This document shows positions 57,348 to 64,000 of a DNA stretch of 64,000 nucleotides, piece after piece. The notes below the pieces were generated by a model that had not been told where the DNA came from, did not search any database, and saw only the letters and a program-made list of their open reading frames with translations. The stretch is from Candidatus Krumholzibacteriota bacterium. Its GTDB lineage: Bacteria > Krumholzibacteriota > Krumholzibacteriia > JAJRXK01. The stretch lies in contig CAVSGG010000005.1 of assembly GCA_963727455.1 (NCBI GenBank), positions 529,538 to 593,537 of the forward strand. The letters run 5' to 3'. How positions within the stretch are numbered: the first letter of the stretch is position 1; each line of letters opens with the position of its first letter. The translations under genes and the position numbers were made by a program.

Positions 57348-57441
57348 ACCTCGTCCCTTGGCGGTTTTTGAGGGCTGGGATAGACTGCAGAAGCGCGGCC
57401 TGAGAGGGGCCGCCTCAAAGGACGAGAAGGAGAGCGAATCC

Positions 57442-59376
57442 ATGGCTCCAATTTTGCCCGGAATCGAATCCCCGGACCAGGTCTCGGGCCTGAGCCCGGA
57501 GGAATTGCGTCAGCTCGCGGACGAGTTGCGCGAAGAGATTCTGCGCGTGGTGAGCGAGATCGGGGGGCACCTGGGGGCGAGCCTCGGGGTGGCCGAACTC
57601 ACGGTGGCACTGCACCACGCCTTCGATTCCCCCCGGGACAAGATCGTGTGGGACGTGGGTCACCAGGCCTACGGACACAAATTGCTCACTGGACGTCGCG
57701 AGCAGTTCGGATCCATCCGGCAGTACGGTGGGATCTCGGGCTTCCCCAAGCGCAGCGAGAGTGAACACGACACCTTCGGCGTGGGCCATGCCTCGACCGC
57801 CATTTCCGCCGCTCTGGGCTACTGCAAGGCTCGCGACCTGCGCCGGGAACGCCACCACGTCATCGCCGTGGTGGGGGACGGCGCGCTCACCGGAGGGATC
57901 GCCTACGAGGGGATGAACAACGCCGGTCAGCTCGATAGCGACCTCATCGTAGTTCTTAACGACAACGAGATGTCGATTTCGCGCAACGTGGGCGCGATGA
58001 GCCGCTATCTGACCCAGCTCACTTCCGGGCGTGTCTACACCGCGATGGAGGCCGAGATATTCAAGCTGCTGGGCCGCTTGCCCAAGGGAACCAAAGCGCA
58101 GGACCTGGCTGGAAGAGTCAAGGAAGCCCTCAAGACCCTCATGGTCCCCGGACAGCTCTTCGAGTCGCTCGGCTTCCGCTACTTCGGTCCACTGGACGGC
58201 CACGACATCGATCTGCTCGTCACCACTTTCGAGCAGGTGAAGAAGCTGAAAGGTCCCACCCTGCTGCACGTCATCACCTGCAAGGGCAAAGGTTATTCCT
58301 TCGCCGAGAAGGATGCGGCGAAGTACCACGGCGTTTCGCGCTTCGATCCCAAGGAGGGCGTCACCGCCCCGCCGAAGTCCAAGGGTGCGCCGAAGTACAC
58401 CTCGGTCTTCGGAAACACGCTGGTGGATCTGGCAAGAGACGACCGGCGGGTGGTGGCCATCACCGCTGCCATGCCGGATGGAACGGGGCTGAAGGCTTTC
58501 GCCCACGCGTATCCCGACCGCTTCTTCGACGTGGGGATTGCCGAGCAACACGCCGTGACCTTCGCCGCCGGCTTGGCTTGCCGTCAGATGAAGCCGGTGT
58601 GCGCGATCTACTCCACCTTCCTGCAGCGCGCCTACGACCAAGTCATCCACGATGTCGCGCTGCAAAAACTCAACGTGTTCTTTGCTCTGGATCGGGCTGG
58701 ACTGGTGGGAGCGGATGGGCCCACGCACCACGGCGCCTTCGACCTCTCGTACCTGCGAGCGGTACCGAACATGGTGATCATGTCACCCAAAGACGAGAAC
58801 GAGTTGCAGCGGATGATCGCAACGGGTTTGGCCTACGACGTGGGTCCGATTGCGGTGCGTTTTCCCCGCGGCGCTGGTCTGGGAGTGAAACTCGAAAAGA
58901 ACTACAAGCCGCTGACGATCGGGAAGGGCGAAGTCTTGCGCAGGGGGAAAGAAGTGCTCCTCATCGGGATCGGCTTCGGCGTACATCTGGCCAGTGAGGC
59001 AGCGGAGATTCTCCAGGAGTCACAGATCAGTTCCACCGTGGTGAACGCTCGCTTCGTGAAACCGCTCGACGAGGACCTGCTCTTGGAGCTGTCTTCGACA
59101 CATCAATTGGTGGCGACGATCGAGGAGAATACCCTGGCCGGTGGCTTTGGATCGGCGGTGCTCGAATTGTTCCACGAGAATCTCAAGCACCCCCCGCGAG
59201 TGCTCCGCTTCGGTCTTCCCGACCGTTTCCAGCAGCACGGTCCGCCCAGGAAGCTGCACGAGCAGTGTGGGTTGCACGCTCCTTCGATCGCCGATGAGAT
59301 TCGCAACCGGCTCATCCTCGACGAGCGCTGGATCGACCTCGGACATCATCGACGTTCACAGAATCACGAGAGTTGA
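57442..59376 (+). CDS. dxs: 1-deoxy-D-xylulose-5-phosphate synthase
   Basis: GGHLGASLG, WDVGHQAY, GDGALTGG, DVGIAEQHA, YSTFLQRAYDQ, DGPTHHG. Confidence 0.98.
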   Translation: MAPILPGIESPDQVSGLSPEELRQLADELREEILRVVSEIGGHLGASLGVAELTVALHHAFDSPRDKIVWDVGHQAYGHKLLTGRREQFGSIRQYGGISGFPKRSESEHDTFGVGHASTAISAALGYCKARDLRRERHHVIAVVGDGALTGGIAYEGMNNAGQLDSDLIVVLNDNEMSISRNVGAMSRYLTQLTSGRVYTAMEAEIFKLLGRLPKGTKAQDLAGRVKEALKTLMVPGQLFESLGFRYFGPLDGHDIDLLVTTFEQVKKLKGPTLLHVITCKGKGYSFAEKDAAKYHGVSRFDPKEGVTAPPKSKGAPKYTSVFGNTLVDLARDDRRVVAITAAMPDGTGLKAFAHAYPDRFFDVGIAEQHAVTFAAGLACRQMKPVCAIYSTFLQRAYDQVIHDVALQKLNVFFALDRAGLVGADGPTHHGAFDLSYLRAVPNMVIMSPKDENELQRMIATGLAYDVGPIAVRFPRGAGLGVKLEKNYKPLTIGKGEVLRRGKEVLLIGIGFGVHLASEAAEILQESQISSTVVNARFVKPLDEDLLLELSSTHQLVATIEENTLAGGFGSAVLELFHENLKHPPRVLRFGLPDRFQQHGPPRKLHEQCGLHAPSIADEIRNRLILDERWIDLGHHRRSQNHES

Positions 59377-59398
59377 GAACCTCAAGAGGAGCCGCATA

Positions 59399-60304
59399 GT
59401 GCTCACACGAATCGGGCTCATCGCGAATCTCACGAAACCCATCGTCAGAGATGCGGTACACGTTTGCCGGCGAGAACTGCTGACCAACGGATTCCAACCG
59501 GTTTTGTCGCAGACTCTGGCGGCAGAGCTCGGCTTGAAAGGTGCGGTGGTCAAGCAGGAGGAGATGGCGCGCTTCGTCGACGCCGTCATCACGCTCGGCG
59601 GAGACGGAACCTTCTTGATGGCCTCGCGCCTGGTGGGAAAGGACAAGATTCCCCTGCTGGGGATCAACCTGGGCAGCCTCGGTTTCCTGGCCGAAGTGCG
59701 CCACGAGGAGATCGCGAGCGCCATCAGCACTTTGGCCGAGGGCAACTACCGCATCGAGAAGCGCCGCAAGGTCAGCGCGGCCGTCGAGCGCGAAGGCGAG
59801 ATCGTGTGTGAACTGACCGCGCTGAACGACGTTGTCCTCAACATGGGCGCCACACCGCGCGTCCTCGATTTGGAAGTCAAAGTGAACTCCTCCTCGCTGG
59901 GACGCTATCTCGCGGACGGACTCATCGTTTCCACGCCTACTGGTAGCACGGCGTACTCCCTCTCCGCGGGTGGGCCCATAGTGGATCCCGCCATGGATGC
60001 ACTGGTGATCACGCCGATCTGCCCGCATAGCCTGGCCGTCCGTCCTCTTCTGCTCCACCACAACCATCCTCTGGAAATCATTCTTCACGATTGTCCCGAT
60101 GGCGTGATCTCGGGTGATGGGCAACTGCTGCAACACGTCATTACCGGCGACCATATCGCCTTTCGGCGCGCGCACGAGCCCGCCTACGTCATCCGTCTGC
60201 CGAGGCGGAATTTCTTCGAGATCATTCGCGAAAAACTGCGTTGGGGAGGAACCCCTCGCACTCTGAACGAAGGCCGCGACGACGGCGACTACGACGGGGA
60301 CTGA
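59399..60304 (+). CDS. nadK: NAD(+) kinase
   Basis: LGGDGT, GINLGSLGFL, ALND, DGLIVSTPTGSTAYSLSAGGP. Confidence 0.95.
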   Translation: MLTRIGLIANLTKPIVRDAVHVCRRELLTNGFQPVLSQTLAAELGLKGAVVKQEEMARFVDAVITLGGDGTFLMASRLVGKDKIPLLGINLGSLGFLAEVRHEEIASAISTLAEGNYRIEKRRKVSAAVEREGEIVCELTALNDVVLNMGATPRVLDLEVKVNSSSLGRYLADGLIVSTPTGSTAYSLSAGGPIVDPAMDALVITPICPHSLAVRPLLLHHNHPLEIILHDCPDGVISGDGQLLQHVITGDHIAFRRAHEPAYVIRLPRRNFFEIIREKLRWGGTPRTLNEGRDDGDYDGD

Positions 60305-60308
60305 CGAC

Positions 60309-62024
60309 GTGCTCGCCGAACTGCGTCTCAAGAACCTGGCGATTGCCCGCGATGTGTCCCTGTCCCTGGGAGCCGGACTCAATGCGCTGAGTGGGAGCAC
60401 CGGCGCGGGCAAGTCCCTGGTGGTGGAGGCGGTGCGCTGGTTGCGCGGAGAGAAAGCCGAATCGAGTTTGATTCGCGCCGGCGAGGACTGGGCTTCCGCC
60501 GAGGCCATCTTCGATCTCACGGAGAGTTCGCGGACCGAGGACTGGCTCTCTGAACTCGGAGTGGAGCTTTCGAAGGACGGTATTCTCACCCTGCGTCGCG
60601 AGCTGCGGCGCAACGGGCGGTCACGAGCCTTTGTGGACGGCCGTCTCACCTCCGCGAATCACCTGCGGGCGATTTGCGAGCATCTGCTCGAGCTGTTCAG
60701 TCAACATCAGCAAACACAGATACAGGATCCCTCACGCCATCGCAGCCTGCTGGATGACTGTGGGGTGTCGGACGAGCTGCTCAAGGAATGGGAAATCGCC
60801 TACGATCGCTATAAGAGCTGTGAGCGCGAACTCGCGTTGTGGCAAAAGCGCCGCGAGGAATTTCTCGCTCAACGCGAAATTCTCCTCTTCCAGAGGCGCG
60901 AGCTGGCGGACGCCCAGTTGCAAGAGGGAGAGATGGAGCAGCTGCGAGAACGTGTGGAGCTTCTCACCCACGGAGCGAAGATCTTCGAAGCGGCGCGGAC
61001 GGCCTTGGCCCGCCTGGAGACGGATGAGGGAGGTGCGGTAAGCGAGGTGTCGAGCGCCATACAATCGCTCGAACGCGCCGGTGACGCCATCGCAGTGATT
61101 GGCGAAGCGCGCGAGGCACTGATGCAGTCGCTCGAGCTGGCAAGCGACGCGGCGCGCGAACTCGAGCGCTTTCTGGACAACGCCGATTTCAGCCCACAGG
61201 CCCTGGATGCAGATCAGGCTCGCCTGTCCCAACTCGAGTCGCTCTGCCGTAAGTACTCACGCAGCGAGAGTGAACTCCTGCGATTGCTGGAGAAACTCTC
61301 CACCCAACTCGACGCTGAAGATTGGGAGGAAGCAGAGCCGGAGCGCCTGTTGGTACCGCTGAGGGAATCCATCAACGCCCTCGAGCAAGCCGGCGCTCGG
61401 CTGTGGAAGGAGAGGCGGAGGGTGGCGCGCAGGGTCCAACGCGCTGCGAAGGACCTGCTCGAGGACCTGAAGATGGGGGAAGCTGAATTGAGTTTCGAGC
61501 TCGATCTCAAACCGGATCCGGAGGGACCCCTCAAACTCTTAGGCACGCGCATCACCCCCTCCAAGGAGGGCCCGGGGAGTGTCAGATTGCTCGTGCGGAC
61601 CAATCGGGGCGAAGCTCTTGGTCCCATCGAGAGAATCGCCAGCGGCGGAGAGCTGAGTCGCATCAGCCTGGTCCTGCAGACTCTGGCGGCCCAGGGAGCG
61701 CGTCCTGCTCTCCTGATCCTGGACGAGGTGGACGCGGGAGTGGGGGCGGATCTCGGACCCGCTTTGGCGCGGCGTTTGGCGGCTATGTCGGACGCACTCC
61801 AGGTTCTGGTCATTACCCATCTCCCCGCGGTCGCAGCCGCCGCCTCCACGCACCTCGTAGCACAAAAATCGTCGAGCGGGGAGCGGACTCTGGCTCGCAT
61901 AGATCAAGTGCACGGGGAAGAACGCCTCGCCGAACTCAGCCGGATGGTGGGCGGAGAGAAGGGAGCGGCGGCTCAGGTCGCCCGTGGACTCCTCCGCGCC
62001 TCACGAGCGCGAGCCGGATCATGA
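60309..62024 (+). CDS. recN: DNA repair protein RecN
   Basis: GSTGAGKS Walker A, coiled coil, ASGGELSR, ILDEVDAG, ITHLP. Confidence 0.95.
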   Translation: MLAELRLKNLAIARDVSLSLGAGLNALSGSTGAGKSLVVEAVRWLRGEKAESSLIRAGEDWASAEAIFDLTESSRTEDWLSELGVELSKDGILTLRRELRRNGRSRAFVDGRLTSANHLRAICEHLLELFSQHQQTQIQDPSRHRSLLDDCGVSDELLKEWEIAYDRYKSCERELALWQKRREEFLAQREILLFQRRELADAQLQEGEMEQLRERVELLTHGAKIFEAARTALARLETDEGGAVSEVSSAIQSLERAGDAIAVIGEAREALMQSLELASDAARELERFLDNADFSPQALDADQARLSQLESLCRKYSRSESELLRLLEKLSTQLDAEDWEEAEPERLLVPLRESINALEQAGARLWKERRRVARRVQRAAKDLLEDLKMGEAELSFELDLKPDPEGPLKLLGTRITPSKEGPGSVRLLVRTNRGEALGPIERIASGGELSRISLVLQTLAAQGARPALLILDEVDAGVGADLGPALARRLAAMSDALQVLVITHLPAVAAAASTHLVAQKSSSGERTLARIDQVHGEERLAELSRMVGGEKGAAAQVARGLLRASRARAGS

Positions 62025-63506
62025 GCTTTCGCCAGGACACGCCCTCACCGCGTCGCTTTTCGTCGCTCGCGCGCCACTACAATCTCGTACCGGTCGTGCG
62101 CGAACTGATGGGGGATCTGGAAACCCCTGTCTCGGCCCTCCTCAAGCTGAGGGCTGGCTACTCGCGGAGTTTCCTTCTGGAGAGCGTCGAGGGGGCGAGA
62201 ACTGGGGGCGCTACTCCATCCTCGGGGCAAACCCTCGGGGACGCTTCCGCGCTCGCGGCCAGCAAGTGCTGATCGAATGGGATGGCCGCAAGCGCGCGCT
62301 GAAATCCAAAAATCCCCTCCGTGCGTTGGCAGACTGGATGAAGCGCTTTCGCGCGGCCCCCGTCGAGGGCCTTCCCCGCTTTTTCGGAGGCGCGGTAGGG
62401 AGTATCTCCTACGATGCCATTCGCGCATTCGAGAGGATCCCCGACCGTCACCGCTCCAAAGACGACCCTGAGGAGCTGGACTTCTTTCTCGTCACCGATC
62501 TCTTGGTCTTCGACAACCTGAGCAATCGCATGAAGCTGGTGGCCTGCGCCACGATCGACGGCGATGCGCGCGACGCCCGTGAACAAGCGCGCAATCGCCT
62601 GGACGCCATGGAGATGGCGCTGGCGGAAGCTCTGCCCAAGTCGAGCCGGCCGAGGCCCGCGCACGATCCCCGCTTGCGATCCACCGTGACCAAGCGACAG
62701 TTCGGGCGTTCGGTGAAGCGCGCCACGGAATACATTCGCGCCGGGGATTGCTTTCAGGTCGTCTTGAGTCGAGAGCTCTCCTGCAAGTCCCTTGCACCAG
62801 CTTTTGAGGTCTACCGCGCCCTGCGCGTGATCAACCCCAGTCCCTACATGTTTTACTTCGATTACGGCCAGAGACAGCTGGTGGGAGCCTCTCCTGAAGT
62901 CCTGGTGCGCGTGGAGGATGGAAGCGCCGAACTGCGTCCGATCGCCGGCACGAGGATGCGCGGTAAGTCCGCGCGCGAGGACGAGACTCTCATCGCCGAA
63001 CTCATCGCGGACGAAAAGGAACGAGCCGAGCACGTGATGCTCGTCGATTTGGGCCGCAACGACTTGGGAGGGTCTGCCGCTACGGAAGCGTGCGCACGGA
63101 CGAGTTGATGACAGTGGAGAAGTACAGTCACGTCATTCACCTGGTAAGCCACGTCAGTGGAGAGCTGCGTGACGATTGCGATTGTTTCGACGCGCTGGCG
63201 GCCTGCTTTCCCGCAGGCACCGTTTCGGGCGCGCCGAAGATTCGCGCCATGGAGATCATTGACGAATTGGAGACCCGGCGGCGCGGCAATTATGCTGGTG
63301 CGGTAGGTTACGTTTCCTTCGCGGGCTCGATGGACACCTGCATCGCCATCCGGAGCATGGTGAAAGAAGATGGTATCGTTCGACTCGGTGTGGGAGCCGG
63401 CATCGTTCTGGACAGCCTTCCTGAGCGCGAATTCGAAGAGACGAACGAAAAGGCGGGTGCGCTGCGCCAGGCCATCCAGTGGGCCGAGAGGGGAGAGCTG
63501 CAATGA
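62021..63506 (+). CDS. trpE: Anthranilate synthase component I, split by two frameshifts (~62191-62195 and ~63066-63069)
   Basis: DLETPVSA, FLLESVEG|GENWGRYS, GDCFQVV, NPSPYM, EHVMLVDLGRNDLG|RVC, GAPKIRAM, DTCIAIR spread over three frames. Confidence 0.85.
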
Positions 63507-64000
63507 GCGCGAAATCTACGCAGCCGCTCGTCCTGGTGCTGGACAATTACGACAGCTTCACCTTCAACCTGGTACAGTATCTGGGCGAACTCGGGGCCCG
63601 CATCGAGGTGCGGCGGAGACGACGAGATCAGCGTGGCGGGGATTCGTCGTCTGCGGCCCATGCCCTGCTCATACTCCCGGGTCCAGGAACTCCCGACGAC
63701 GCGGGAATCAGCCTGAAGGCGATCTCGGCCTTCGCCGGCAAGATCCCCGTCCTGGGTGTGTGTCTGGGTCACCAGGCTCTGGCCCAGGCCTTCGGAGGGT
63801 CGATCGGACAGGCACGCCACATCCTGCACGGGAAGACCTCGCGCGTGCTGCATGGCGAACGCGGAATCTTCCGCGGCTTGAAGAATCCCTTCACCGCCAC
63901 GCGCTATCACAGCCTCGAGGTGCCGCGCAGTGGTCTTCCCACGATTTCGAGGTGGTGGCCTGGACGGCCGACGATGAGATCATGGCGATCAAACACAAGC
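63503..64000 (+). CDS. trpG: Anthranilate synthase component II / PabA-type glutamine amidotransferase, 3'-truncated, with several indels
   Basis: LDNYDSFTFNLVQYLGELG, PGTPDDAG, LGVCLGHQ, ATRYHSL read across shifting frames. Confidence 0.8.
   Translation, partial: MSAKSTQPLVLVLDNYDSFTFNLVQYLGELGARIEVRRRRRDQRGGDSSSAAHALLILPGPGTPDDAGISLKAISAFAGKIPVLGVCLGHQALAQAFGGSIGQARHILHGKTSRVLHGERGIFRGLKNPFTATRYHSLEVPRSGLPTISRWWPGRPTMRSWRSNTS

Overview
GC-rich bacterial chromosomal window, probably from an FCB-group candidate lineage such as Krumholzibacteriota, Eisenbacteria or Latescibacterota (inferred from a FlgD-Ig 'FPNPFNP' tail protein and a Bacteroidetes-type sigma factor; not confirmed). About 1-36.5 kb is a large mosaic cell-surface glycan locus: Wzx flippase, seven GT4 and two GT2 transferases, three GT-C-like membrane proteins, priming transferase, DegT, Gfo/Idh/MocA, RfbD and AsnB. 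It also carries unusual tailoring genes: a MurA paralog, an FkbH-ACP-LbH acyltransferase-deacetylase operon, a TMK-like kinase plus phosphodiesterase, a radical SAM/SPASM protein, a penicillin-acylase-family protein and a secreted metallophosphoesterase-FGE-FlgD fusion. About 36.5-64 kb is mostly housekeeping: GGPP synthase-like gene, SPOR lipoprotein, tRNA-Gly/Cys/Leu, a GT4/GT2 pair, dnaK, a sigma-70 factor, moaD/E, tRNA-Val, thrS-infC-rpmI-rplT-pheS-pheT-zapA-6S RNA-ymdB-folD-ispA-DUF212-dxs-nadK-recN-trpE-trpG. Best leads are an unassigned, highly structured ~220-nt RNA leader upstream of the sigma factor, the putative glyceryl-ACP glycan acylation operon, the MurA paralog and a sigma54-type dnaK promoter. 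trpE/trpG frameshifts look like sequencing errors. All calls are from motif reading by eye; no searches or folding programs were run.
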